From NCBI GenBank assembly GCA_963845755.1, contig CAWJTV010000020.1, positions 64,001 to 128,000 on the forward strand: DNA of 64,000 nt, written 5' to 3'. The notes under the pieces are model-generated. The model was not told the DNA's origin and ran no database searches. It worked only from the letters and a program-made list of their open reading frames with translations. This document shows positions 33,928 through 43,980 of this stretch, one piece after another (the first letter of the stretch is position 1; every line of letters begins with the position of its first letter). Origin of the DNA: an uncultured Planctomycetota bacterium (GTDB lineage: Bacteria; Planctomycetota; Planctomycetia; Isosphaerales; Isosphaeraceae). The position numbers and the translations under genes are program-made.

Positions 33928-35463
33928 TCAGCGCCATCCACCTCCCATCGTGCCGGCCCCACCGCCGCCCATACCGAAACCGCCGGCCACGGCGGATACG
34001 CTGACGGCCTGACCACTGCCGCTGCCCGCTCCGCTGCCGCTGCCCGCTCCGCCGCTCGTGAGCATCATCGGGCCACCGACCATGCCCGACCCACCGCCGA
34101 TGGCCGCTCCGCCGCTCGTGAACGTCATCGGGTCACCGACCGTGCCCGACCCACCGCTGCCGCCCGCTCCACTGCTCGTGAGCATCATCGGGCCACCGAC
34201 CATGCCCGACCCACCGCCGATGCCCCCGCTCGCGACCGTCATCATGCCGCCACCCATGCCAAAGCCGCCTCCGCCGCCGAAGTTCATGATCGTTGGGCCG
34301 ACTCCCGGGAGGCCCACCAGATACTGCTGGACCGACTGCATCGTCGCCTCCACGCCGGCGATGCTCGTCGGCGACGCGCTGGAACTGCTCGATGAGGACG
34401 TCGTCGTGATCGTTGGGCTGGCGTTCGACGGGATGGCGGTCTCGACCCCAGCCTGATCGGACTGGATCTGGCTGATCTGCGACGAGGTCAGGCCCATGCT
34501 CGCCCAGACGGCCGCCGTATCGGTCTGAAGGGTCGTCGTGGCCTGTGAGCCGGTCAGTGTCCCCTTGCCGATGGCATTCAGGTCATCCTCAACCTGGCCG
34601 ATCGACGCGTTGGTGGCCTGGGCTCCGCTCGGTACGTCGTTCTTGAGGTCAGTCTGAAGCGTCTGGAAGGCCGTCTGCACGGCTGACAAGGTCGGGTTGG
34701 ACGTGGCCGAGCTGGGACTGGTTGGGCTGGTGCTGGTCGAGCCCGTGCTGGTCGAGCCCGTGCTCGTCGGGCTGGTGCTGGTCGAGCCCGTGCTGGCCGA
34801 GGTGGTGGTAACCGAGCCGGTTGAGCTGGTGCTGCCCGAGTTGGTCAAGGTGGTCGAGCTGGAGGTCGAAGCCGTCTGGAGGGCCGTCTGGATCGCCTGG
34901 ACATCGGATTGGAGCTGGCTCACCTGGCTCGAAGTCAGCCCCAAGCTCGTCAGGATGGCCGCCTCGTCGTTCTGGACGGCCGTGGTGGCCGCGCTGCCGG
35001 TCAACGTGCCCTTGTGGATCGCCTGGAGGTCATCCTGGAGCTGGCCGACCGATGCATGTGTGGGCTGTGCCCCGACCGATACAACGTTGTTGTAATCGGA
35101 CTCCAGGGTCTGGAAGGCCGACTGGACAGCCGACGATGCCAAGGCACTCCGCGACGGCACGCTGGACGACCCGCTCCCCGTGTTTAACAACGACGAGGTC
35201 AGCAGAAAGATTGGGTCTCTCATCCCTCCGCGTAATCCGAAACCCCCTCCGCCGAACATCGCGCCTCGGCCGCCTCCGCCGAAAGAGCCCAGCTCGGCCA
35301 TCATCGAATGCCGCCCCATGCCACCGCCACCGAACGCATCGAGGCCCAAGCCCCGCGACAGAAGTTGCCGCGCTTCCAATGCCTCGCATCCGATCGTCGC
35401 GTTCGACGCCCGGTTATGACCATGCTGCCTTCTGGCAGGTTTTCGTGCGGAGATACCAAGCAT
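33928..35463 (-). CDS. secreted low-complexity protein with planctomycete signal motif, two ~85-aa helical repeats each containing LTSSQ, and Gly/Met-rich termini
   Basis: GCEALEARQLLS; repeats AVQ(S/T)AFQTL..D...GAQ.T.AS.GQ..DDL.AI.KGTLTGS.ATT..Q.D.AA...S.GLTSSQ.SQ.QSD. Confidence 0.75.
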   Translation of the reverse strand: MLGISARKPARRQHGHNRASNATIGCEALEARQLLSRGLGLDAFGGGGMGRHSMMAELGSFGGGGRGAMFGGGGFGLRGGMRDPIFLLTSSLLNTGSGSSSVPSRSALASSAVQSAFQTLESDYNNVVSVGAQPTHASVGQLQDDLQAIHKGTLTGSAATTAVQNDEAAILTSLGLTSSQVSQLQSDVQAIQTALQTASTSSSTTLTNSGSTSSTGSVTTTSASTGSTSTSPTSTGSTSTGSTSTSPTSPSSATSNPTLSAVQTAFQTLQTDLKNDVPSGAQATNASIGQVEDDLNAIGKGTLTGSQATTTLQTDTAAVWASMGLTSSQISQIQSDQAGVETAIPSNASPTITTTSSSSSSSASPTSIAGVEATMQSVQQYLVGLPGVGPTIMNFGGGGGFGMGGGMMTVASGGIGGGSGMVGGPMMLTSSGAGGSGGSGTVGDPMTFTSGGAAIGGGSGMVGGPMMLTSGGAGSGSGAGSGSGQAVSVSAVAGGFGMGGGGAGTMGGGWR

Positions 35464-35660
35464 GAAATCATCCTCCTTGACGATCCTGTGATTGGCGGGA
35501 TTCGTAGCAAAATCTATCCCACCATGAAGTTCTGGCAGGAAAGCGACCGGCTGGCTCTCCGGGGAGCTCCCCGAGCCCTGGTCCGTACAGGTAAGAGAGA
35601 TCCGATCCCTACAGATGGGAATCGAAATACGCATTCCGGGTCGCCAGGGAGGAGACGGTT

Positions 35661-35676
35661 TTAACAATTCTTAACA
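35661..35676. promoter_or_regulatory. TTAACA-N4-TTAACA direct repeat, candidate OmpR-family binding site
   Basis: AT-rich exact hexamer repeat with 10-bp period, about 200 bp upstream of the LTxxQ/RR/HK cluster. Confidence 0.5.
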
Positions 35677-36015
35677 CGTGGCCTTTGGATGTGGCCTGGC
35701 CTGCCCCCCAAAACCTGGTCCAGTCTTGATGGGAATCGTACAACTGGCAGAGCGACAGGGAGCGACTCATACGAGAACGACCCCGACCGGATCAGACTGC
35801 ATCCATCCTTCGAGGCTTCCAATTCGACCTCGACTCCGGCTTGAGTCTTCACCAAGCGTGCCGAAGGCCGCCGCCCCGGGTCTGCGATCGGTTCACGGGT
35901 GAGCGGCGCAGCCGGTCACGAAGAGACGGAGCCGGAAAGGCGACCTCAGAGGGGAACCGTCGGCCAAAGGCCGGATTCTCCAAACCTCTGATTGGAAGAG
36001 CGCGTCGCTGACGGA

Positions 36016-36044
36016 CTGACCGCAGCTTTGCCGGCCGCTATAAT
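36016..36044 (+). promoter_or_regulatory. sigma70-like promoter
   Basis: ctgacc-N17-tataat, 27 nt upstream of ATG 36071. Confidence 0.45.
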
Positions 36045-36070
36045 CGGAGGATCCCTGGGGAGCGAAACCG

Positions 36071-37468
36071 ATGACGACCGTCCACGGAAAGTCCCTGACC
36101 CTCGGCATCCTCATCGCCCTATGCCTCGCGCCGGGGCGGTCTCACTCCCAGGACGCACCGGCATGGCGGGAGATCCGATTTCGGGAGAGCTCTCAGAACT
36201 TCCCGAACCCGGAGCGGGGCTTCTACGCGGCGCGCATGAGTCATCGCATCGGCCGGCTGGACGGGCTTCGCCAGCGCGGGATCACCCTGCTGCTGATCGA
36301 GGTCGACCTGAAGGCCTTCAAGGAACGCGATCTCACCCCGGCGAAGCTCGATGAAGTCCGGCGAGCCTTCGCGGCGGCCCGGCAGAACGGCCTGAAGACG
36401 ATCGTCCGCTTCGCGTACGGGTTCACCGGCCGAGACTACCGCTCCGATCCAAAGGACATGAACCGCATCCTCAGCCACATCCGCCAGCTCGGGAAGGTGT
36501 TCCAGGAGAATCGCGACGTCCTTTTCGCGGTGCAGGCCGGATTTCTCGGCCCGTGGGGTGAGTGGCACGGGTCGAACTGGGGCGACCCGCCCTCGCTGGA
36601 GGCACGCCGATCGGTGCTCTTCGCCCTGCTCGACGCCGTGGCGGGACCAATCACCGTGCACGTGCGACGCCCGATGTTCATCCGCGACATCTTCTCCGAC
36701 GAGCCCGGCGGCGCCGACCTCACCGAGGCGACGGCCTTCGGCGATTCGCGGTTATCGCGGGTCGGCTGGCACGACGACGCGCTGCTGAGTCTCCCGACCG
36801 ACATGGGTACTTACGCCCAACGCGGCTGGGACCGCGAGCGCGAGTTGCGGTGGTGCGCCGAGCACGGCCGCTTCACGCCCTTCGGCGGCGAGACGGTCCC
36901 CTCGTCGGCCCGCACGCCGATCACCCAGGTCGTTCGCGAGCTGGAATTGCTCCACACGACCTACCTCAACAGCAGCTACCACCGTGGCACGCTCGAGGGC
37001 TGGAAGAAGGCTGCGTATCAGGGCGCCACCGGCTTCGAGCACATCGAACGCCGGCTCGGATACCGCCTCGTGGCGGACCGCCTTCGCATCACGGAGGTGG
37101 TCAAGCCCGGCGGGACACTCCACCTCGAGCTGGACCTGCACAACGTGGGGTTCGCGTCCCCGCTCATGCCCCGCCAGGTGGCCCTGGTGCTCAGCCAGGG
37201 CGATCAGACGTTCCGCCTCGCCCTCACAGACGCCGACCCTCGCCGGTGGGCCCCGGAGGCCGGCACCGTCACGCTGAGGGGTGCCATGCCGATACCGGCC
37301 GGCGCCCCTGGTGGCCGATGGCGGCTGGCCCTGCAACTGGCAGACCCCGCGCCGAGCCTGAACCGTGATGGCCGGTACGCGATCCGCCTGGCCAATGAAG
37401 GGATCGCATTCGACGAGGCCAACGGCGGGAACGTCCTGAGCGAGGACGTGGAAATCAGGGGTCGGTGA
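36071..37468 (+). CDS. DUF4874/DUF4832 domain secreted protein (putative glycoside-hydrolase-like)
   Basis: Signal peptide; NPERGFY, GLK.IVRFAY, QAGFLGPWGEWH, RVGWHDD, GGET, YLN..YH, RRLGYRL, NVGFA, YAIRLAN. Confidence 0.85.
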   Translation: MTTVHGKSLTLGILIALCLAPGRSHSQDAPAWREIRFRESSQNFPNPERGFYAARMSHRIGRLDGLRQRGITLLLIEVDLKAFKERDLTPAKLDEVRRAFAAARQNGLKTIVRFAYGFTGRDYRSDPKDMNRILSHIRQLGKVFQENRDVLFAVQAGFLGPWGEWHGSNWGDPPSLEARRSVLFALLDAVAGPITVHVRRPMFIRDIFSDEPGGADLTEATAFGDSRLSRVGWHDDALLSLPTDMGTYAQRGWDRERELRWCAEHGRFTPFGGETVPSSARTPITQVVRELELLHTTYLNSSYHRGTLEGWKKAAYQGATGFEHIERRLGYRLVADRLRITEVVKPGGTLHLELDLHNVGFASPLMPRQVALVLSQGDQTFRLALTDADPRRWAPEAGTVTLRGAMPIPAGAPGGRWRLALQLADPAPSLNRDGRYAIRLANEGIAFDEANGGNVLSEDVEIRGR

Positions 37469-37581
37469 CCTCGGCTCCTCTCCCGCAGGAGTGTTCCGTG
37501 AGACCGCGGGTAGGTGGAGTCCGGAAGGGAGCTCCGCCGATCCCCGGGCCGACGCGCCGAGCTCCGTTTTCCATGGAACGC

Positions 37582-38125
37582 TCAGTCGCCTCTCGAACTC
37601 CGCCCGACGGTTCGGAAGAGCGCCTCGTACCGCTCGGGCAGGCGGCCGGCATCCCATCGTCGCGCCTCGGCTTTGGCCCGGGCGCGGTGCCTGGCTTCGA
37701 TATCGGGATCGTCCCACAACCGTTCGAGCGTCGCCACCCAGGGCGCCACCTCGCGCGCGGTCGAGATCGCGAGGTCCGTCGGCGTGTATCGTTCGGGGAT
37801 CGTGAACGCGAACCCGGCCTCGCCCAGGGTCTCGGGCAGGGCGCCGCGGTCACTGGCCAGCACGGGGATGCCGTTGGCCATCGCCTCCACGGCCACCCGG
37901 CCCAGCGACTCGCGCCAGAGTGACGTCATCAGCACCACCCGGTTGAGCCTGTAGAAATCGCGCGGCTCGGGCGTTTTTGCCATCCGGTTCAGGTTGGTCA
38001 GTCCCGAGAGGTCCACCGGCAGCCGAGCCAGCGAATCCGACGTCCCCCGTCCCTCGACGACCAGCAGCGGGATATCGGGCCGCCGACGGCCCAGCTCCAT
38101 CGCGATCCGGGCGAAGACCGTCAGG
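37582..38125 (-). pseudogene. glycosyltransferase family 4 C-terminal fragment
   Basis: LMTSLWRESLGRVAVEAMANGIPVLASDRGALPETLG; N-terminal half missing. Confidence 0.75.
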
Positions 38126-40364
38126 CCCTTCTATCGCCTGTCGACCGCGCCAGGGGGGCGTTGCGAGCGGCGGCGAAGTCCTCGACCCAGACGAAATCGA
38201 ACACGCGGGCCCCGAACGACCGGGCGATCTCGACAGTCCGGTCCGTACTGCCGGTATCGACGACCACGATCTCGTCGAAGATCCCCCGCACCGACTCGAG
38301 GCAGTGCGGCAGGTTCTTCTCCTCGTCGCGGACGATCATCGTCAAGCTCACCCTGGCCCGCTGTCGGTGGTCCGTTGTTCGTTCCGATACCGACCGTCCA
38401 GGAAGCGGGGCGCCTGGGACCGAAGACGGAAAGTTGAGGCGAGCGGGGGGCGTCAGCCCCCTGTCCTCTCCTTTCGGAACAGACTCGCAGGTTGATCGGG
38501 AATCCGGAATCCGGAATCCGGCATCCGGAATCGGGTTGGTCCAGGCCCTCAGCGCCACCCGCCGACCCTGCGGCGTATCCAGCCCCCACTTCTCGGCGAA
38601 CCGCCGCTCATTCTCCTCCAGCAGCGCCGAGGCATTAACGCCGTTGCCGGCAAATGTCCGGCTGCCGAAATGATGGACGAACAGATCCTTCGCCACGGCC
38701 AGCTCGAACCCAGCACGACGCGCCCGCACGGCCAGGTCGTCGTCATCGAACAACCCCAACCCGAACCGCTCGTCCAGCCCGCCGACGGCGTCGTAGACCG
38801 CCCGCGTCATGAGCAGGCAGAAGCCCGACAGTTTCCCGACGGTGAACCACTGCCCGCGATGCCGATCGCGCCAGCTCCGGGCGAAGGCATGCATCGCGTC
38901 CATGTCCCGGTAGGGCACATCCTCGACCCCTTGCGGCGGCGCGGCGTAATTCGACATCGGCCCGACCAGGCCGATCACACCGCCAATCGTTCCTCTGCTT
39001 CCGTTCTTCGTTCCCTGTCCTGACTCTGTCTTCCGCCCTGCGATCTCTGCGATCTCTGCGGTGGGTCTCTTCGTCTCTGCGGTAAGATCGAGCCGTGCCG
39101 AGGTCAACGCGATGAGCTGATCGAGCCACCCATCGGTGACGACCGCGTCATTGTTGAGCAAGACGAGGTACTCACCCCGTGCGGCCTGCAAGCCCTGGTT
39201 GATGGCCCGCGGAAACCCGACGTTCTGGGCGTTCGCGATGATCGTGACCGGCACGCCCGACGCGTCCTGGACTCCGGCCAGGTACTCGCCGGTCCCGTCG
39301 GTCGAGCCGTTATCGATGACGATCAACTCCCACGGCCGTCGCGTGTGACGCAACAAACCCTGGACGCACAGCCGGGTGAACTCCCGCTGGTTCCAGCAGG
39401 GGACGATGACCGAGGCCAGGCCTGGCGCGCGTTCCTCCGGGTTGCCCACAACAGGCTCGGCCAGCGCCGAGCACCTGACCGCGTCCGCGGCCCCCCCGTG
39501 ACCAGGCGACCGCTCGCATGATCCCTCGCGGAGTGGCGGCCCCACGGGCCGCGCCAGCGATCCGCTCCCCGCCTCGGCATTCCCCAGCACGAACACCTGC
39601 CCCTCGCGGTCGAACAGCGCGCACGGGGTCGCCACCGGCAACCGACTGGCCCACTTGCGGGCGAACACCCGCGCACTGCGAACGAACGACTCGGTCAAGC
39701 CGACGTTCCGGGAGTTGTGCCGGCAAGGGGCCTCCAGCGCGACGACCGCCAATCCCCGCTCGCCGGCCTGGAGGCAGAGATCGGCCCCATAGAGATGGAA
39801 CCCCAGCTCGGTGTCGAACCGGAGCGGCGAATCCCGCCGGATGATGAGCAACAGCTCGTCCAGCGTGACGACCGGCGCGGGCAGATCCGGCCCGTGGAGC
39901 AGCACGCGATCGCGATCCACGACCCGGCCGATCCTCCGCACCGCGGGCCGACCCTGGGATGATCCGGGAGCGATCACCGGGCCGACGCCGTAGACCCCGG
40001 CCACGCCGATCGGCCCGAATCGTCGCTCGGCCCGCCGATATTGCTCGAGGATTTGCCGGTCCCAGTCCGGCGGCAGGACCACATCCTGGTGCACGCAGAC
40101 GACCCACTCGTGCTTCGCCCGCTCCCGGCCGGTGTTCAGCGCCTCCGCGGCGTTGGGCGGGTTGCGGAGGACGATGACCTGGTGCGGCGCGCCGGGTCCC
40201 AGGCACGGTGAGGCCATCAGGTTCGCCGCGAGCACGGCCTCGTCGTCGACGCAGACCACGAACGAGAGCGGGACGGCCTGATGAAGCGGCCCGGTCGAAG
40301 GACGGGGATCACCCTCCTCGGCGGCCCGAGGCGCGTCGCACGGCGTCTGGTCAGTGCCCGGCAT
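38121..40364 (-). pseudogene. multi-domain glycosyltransferase family 2 protein, truncated in its third GT2 domain
   Basis: VCVHQDV..FHLYGADLC; SVIVPCWNQ..IDNGSTDGT..LLNNDAVV..FDDDDL; SLTMIVRDEE..VDTGSTDRT..DFAAARN, then breaks. Confidence 0.75.
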
Positions 40365-40380
40365 CTCGCCTCCCAAGGGC

Positions 40381-40458
40381 TGTTTCAAAACGGGGACTGG
40401 CTCCGAGTCTTCGAGGTGCCTGTCCCCCTTTTGAAACCCCCCATTTGAAACACCGTTT
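40381..40458. repeat. planctomycete palindromic repeat (GGGGACTGGCTCC...GGTGCCTGTCCCC flanked by TTTCAAAA/TTTTGAAA)
   Basis: tgtttcaaaacggggactggctccgagtcttcgaggtgcctgtcccccttttgaaac imperfect inverted repeat. Confidence 0.65.
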
Positions 40459-41174
40459 CAGGAATGAATGAGGATGATCCGGCTGCCGTGCCGCGCGATG
40501 CGGAACACCAACTCGCGGGGCCGGCCCAGGGCGTCGCGGATCGCCCGATGCCACCAGGGGGTGCCACTCGAGCGCATAACGGTTGGGTTGCACACCATGA
40601 GAGGCGATGCGAGATGCCATATCGAGCCCCCGAATGGGGGCGTCAGGACGTAGCCTGGGATTGTGCGCAACTCAACCGTTACGCGCTCTGGCAGCAGGAA
40701 CCCGCGGCCCCCCGCTCCCAGCAACTCGCCGCCCGCGGTGCCGGCCCGACGCGCCGCCGCGTACCAGTGATCCACCGGCTCGTTGCTGATCCCGCAGCCC
40801 AGCGACTGCTTGATCACCCAGCCGTGATGCAGCCACTCGGCGAACCGGTCGAGGTTTCCGGCGCCGCTGCTGGACCCCATCCCGGTCCCGGCCGGCACGT
40901 CGCCAATCGCGGTGATCTCCAGCGGCACGTCCATTTCCATGATCCGCATCGCCTCGCGGACGATCTCGGGCCGGACCTCATCGAGCGCCTCGGCGACCTC
41001 GGTCCGCGAGTCGCTGACGCGGATGTTCGGCTCAAACCGGCCGTGGATCGTGACATCGATGTGCGGCTCGATCGTCGTGCTCAGCACGGCGCCGTACTCA
41101 TGCCGGCAGAAGGCCGGCAGATCGATGCCGCCCCCGGCGAAGCTAACGCGATAGGGAGCCTGGGAGATGATCAT
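40458..41174 (-). pseudogene. hddA: GHMP kinase, D-glycero-D-manno-heptose-7-phosphate kinase-like, internally deleted
   Basis: MIISQAPYRVSFAGGG.D, GAVLSTTI, DVPAGTGMGSS joined directly to L..GW..K, G.LLGAGG.GF; central region missing. Confidence 0.75.
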
Positions 41175-41295
41175 GGAAGCGACACCTGATACTGGATGGT
41201 CTGCCTCAGAGAATTGACAACGAGGCGGTCCACGCTTTCTGCTCGGCAAGAAATGCCATAACCGAATACGATGCGGGACGAGGAAGACGATCCTG

Positions 41296-41558
41296 ATGAC
41301 AACCATGAACATTTCCCTGCCCGAGGACATGAAGGCGTTCGTGGAGGCCCCGATGATCCAGGAGGGCTATGCCACGGCCAGCGAGCATCTGCGCGCTTGA
41401 TCCGCGAGGCCCAGAAGCGCCGGGCCAGGCGCGACCTGGAAGCGAAATTCCGTGAGGCCCTGGAGAGCGGCCCCGCCACCCCGATGACTCGTGAAGATTG
41501 GGACTCGATCGAACAAGAAGCCCTGGAACGAATGTCACCGCAACCGGTCGGCCCATGA
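41296..41558 (+). pseudogene. parD: ParD-family antitoxin (RHH), frameshifted
   Basis: MTTMNISLPEDMKAFVE..GYATASE.LR / LIREAQKR...ALESGPATPMTREDWDSI. Confidence 0.8.
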
Positions 41559-41764
41559 GCGTCGCGATCCTCAAGCGTCAAACGGCTCGACAGGTCCTTG
41601 TGGACATCTTCTATCACTACGCGACCCAGGGAGCCGTGCCGGCGGCTCGCCGATTCCTCGCCCGGGCCGAGGCGACGTTCGACCGATTAGAGCGCTTACC
41701 AGATGGGTTGCGCACAAGAACAGCCGATCTCCGGCGGCCTGACAGGCCGCCGATGATCGGCTAA
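41555..41764 (+). pseudogene. parE: ParE/RelE toxin, N-terminal half only
   Basis: ATGA overlap with parD; A..L.DIF.HY..GA..AARRFL.RAEATFDRL..LP, then diverges. Confidence 0.7.
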
Positions 41765-41769
41765 GCCCG

Positions 41770-42307
41770 GCTCGCGCCCACCACCAAGGCCGCAGAGGCC
41801 GTGCGCGATTATTGGCTCGCGTCGGATCCCGATGGCCCGCACGACCCTCTGCGGTTCTGGGAGGCCGTTCCGGAGCCCCCCCGACAACCGGGCCTTTGGC
41901 AATTCACCGGCCCTGGGAGCCTCTTCGGGTTCGGGGGCGGCGTCGCAGCGGAGCCGGACGTGATGCGGCAGCTCGATCTCGAAGCGTGGGGAGGGCGCCG
42001 TCTCCTCCGGGCGGGGCGCGGGATCGAACGGGAGCGGGACGAACAGGGGCGGATCGGGCCGCAAGTCAGGCGAGGGCGCGGCCAGTCGCCGCCCCCAGGC
42101 GTAGAACGCGGCCGAGGAGACTCCCTCACGCGCGCAGAAAGCGGAAATCAACAGGCCGCTGGCGGCCTGCCGCCGGACGCGGAGCCGCCAGGTGTGTTCG
42201 AGACTGAGGTCCTTGGGACGTGCCATGAGCTGACTCCTGGGTGGGAAGAACGGAACCAACCCAGTAGGGTAGCAGCCGTGGCAAGACTGGTTTTACCGTG
42301 TGCTTAC
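41770..42307 (-). mobile_element. tnpA: IS66-family remnant (left end + tnpA; tnpB and most of tnpC deleted)
   Basis: Terminus GTAAGCAC on the minus strand at 42307; TnpA W...RRQAASGL.ISAFC.REGVS..AFYAW.RRL..PLFVP..FEIELP (ATG 42226); left coordinate uncertain. Confidence 0.75.
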
Positions 42308-42385
42308 CAAACTCTTGTCGAAGGAATCTTGGTCGTCAGTGACGACGGCCAGTTCGACGCTTATGGCGTCAGCCGCGCCTGGTGA
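42308..42385 (+). pseudogene. VapC/PIN toxin 3' remnant abutting the IS66 end
   Basis: QTLVEGILVVSDDGQFDAYGVSRAW* resembles the VapC C-terminus AQA..EG..[LI]VS.D..FDAYGV.R.W*. Confidence 0.65.
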
Positions 42386-42399
42386 TGCAGAGGTTCCGC

Positions 42400-42525
42400 T
42401 TGGCGGCCCTCGGCCGGTTGCCGAAGGCCGACGAATGCGCGCAGTCCGCCGAGATTGTGGCCCGGTTCGGCTCGCTCAAGCAGGCGTTCGCCCTGGTCAA
42501 GCGGTGACCGGCAGCAACGCAAGAG
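42400..42525 (+). pseudogene. fragment of DNA phosphorothioation-associated putative methyltransferase (copy 1)
   Basis: ALGRLPKADECAQSAEIVARFGSLKQAFALVKR, nearly identical to 45330-45430. Confidence 0.65.
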
Positions 42526-42573
42526 CGGACCGTCCATGGCCGCGTCGCGACGACGCCAGGCGATATCGACCGA

Positions 42574-43106
42574 TCAACTCTCGCCGAAGCATTGGATCAC
42601 GACGTGGCATCTCCAGGTCCATTCGACGTCAACCCGGCTCGAGCGCCGAGCGTTCGCGCAGACCTTGACGGTGAGTGTCCCGTGAGCGAGGTCGGCCTCG
42701 AGGGCGGTGTTGACCCCCTCCCTCGACCTGGCGAACATATACTCCACCTCGGGGCTGCCGAACCAGAACTCGAATCCGCTGATCGTGACGATGGCCAACC
42801 GGGTCGTCGCTCTGATCTTGAATTCCTTCTCCCGCGTCACCGGGAAGCCCGCCGAGGGGTCTTCGTCCTCCTTGAAGACATGCTCGATCACCTGGAGGAG
42901 CGCGAGTTTTTTCCCTTCCTGGTAATCGGAGGATCGGGCCACGCTGCTGCCGACGACCACTTCTCGGCTGATCTTCCGCGAGCGCACCGCGTTGGGGAAG
43001 TCCTGCGCGCGCGCCTCCGGCGCCCGGTCAGTAGGGCACCGACGCCGAGGGCTCCCGCCGCCGTGAGGAGATCCCGCCTGCTCTCGCTCGACGAATCCTT
43101 GGACAT
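42574..43106 (-). CDS. Tat-signal hypothetical protein, paralog A (deletion/frameshift near 43000)
   Basis: SRRDLLTAAGALGVGALL signal; mature part closely similar to paralog B (QVIEHVFKEDEDPSAG, AIVTISGFE, EWTWRCHVVIQCFGE). Confidence 0.7.
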
Positions 43107-43244
43107 GGTCGGTCTCCCGTGAGGGTGGTCATCGGCTCTCCCGGAGGTCAGGTCGCTTGCCTCACCTCGACCGGGCTTGATGTCTTGAGAGTGCCTGTTC
43201 TGGAAATTCACAAGGGATCTGCGAAACGGGTGTCCCGTCGTCGG

Positions 43245-43835
43245 TCAACCCTCACCGAAGCACTGGATCACGACATGGCACCTCCAGGTCCATTCGCGGT
43301 CCAACCTTCCCCAGAACCTCCAGTTCGCGCGAACCTTGGCAGTGACGGTATTGCGACCGAAATCGGCCTCAAGGCCGGCATGGAAGCCGTACCGCGACGA
43401 GGCCGCGATCGACTCCATCTTGGACGTGCCGATCCAGACCTCGAAGCCGCTGATCGTGACGATGGCCAGCTTCGTCGCCGCATCGACTGTGAACTCCTTG
43501 ACGCCGGTCGCCGGATACCCCGCGGACGGGTCATCATCTTCCTTGAAGACATGCTCGATCACCTGAATCATCGCATAGGATTTCGTCGCGTCATAGGCCG
43601 GGGACCGGGCCACACTCTTCCCCACCGTGACTTCCTCGCTGATCCTCCGCGATCGCGGCGTGTCATCGCCCTCTCGAATGATCACATCTCGGCCGATGAC
43701 CCGCTTCGAGCCCGGGGGTTGGCCCTCGTCCTGGGCGGCCGAGGTAGCCTTCGGGTTCGAAAGGGCACCGACGACAAGGGCTCCCGCCACCGTGACGAGA
43801 TCCCGCCGGGTGTCCCTGGACGAATCACTGGGCAT
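43245..43835 (-). CDS. Tat-signal hypothetical protein, paralog B (intact, ~196 aa)
   Basis: TRRDLVTVAGALVVGAL signal; beta-rich mature domain ending WRCHVVIQCFGEG. Confidence 0.75.
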   Translation of the reverse strand: MPSDSSRDTRRDLVTVAGALVVGALSNPKATSAAQDEGQPPGSKRVIGRDVIIREGDDTPRSRRISEEVTVGKSVARSPAYDATKSYAMIQVIEHVFKEDDDPSAGYPATGVKEFTVDAATKLAIVTISGFEVWIGTSKMESIAASSRYGFHAGLEADFGRNTVTAKVRANWRFWGRLDREWTWRCHVVIQCFGEG

Positions 43836-43980
43836 GGTCGATCTCCCCGGATGGCGGTTATCGGATCCGCCGGAGGGCCGGACGCTCGCGGCACTTCGGT
43901 GTGCCCCGTCATTAGAATTGATGAGATGAGGAATTGCAAGGCATCGTCGATCGACTGGTCCGTTACGGCCCTCGGAGCTC

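Noticed and set aside
33960..34860. Tandem DNA repeats as a non-coding array
   Set aside because: They are explained by Gly/Met and Ser/Thr peptide repeats of the 33928..35463 protein.
41691..41699. Second IS66 terminal repeat (agcgcttac)
   Set aside because: It has the same orientation as the 42307 end rather than inverted, and it lies in parE codons, so it is probably chance.
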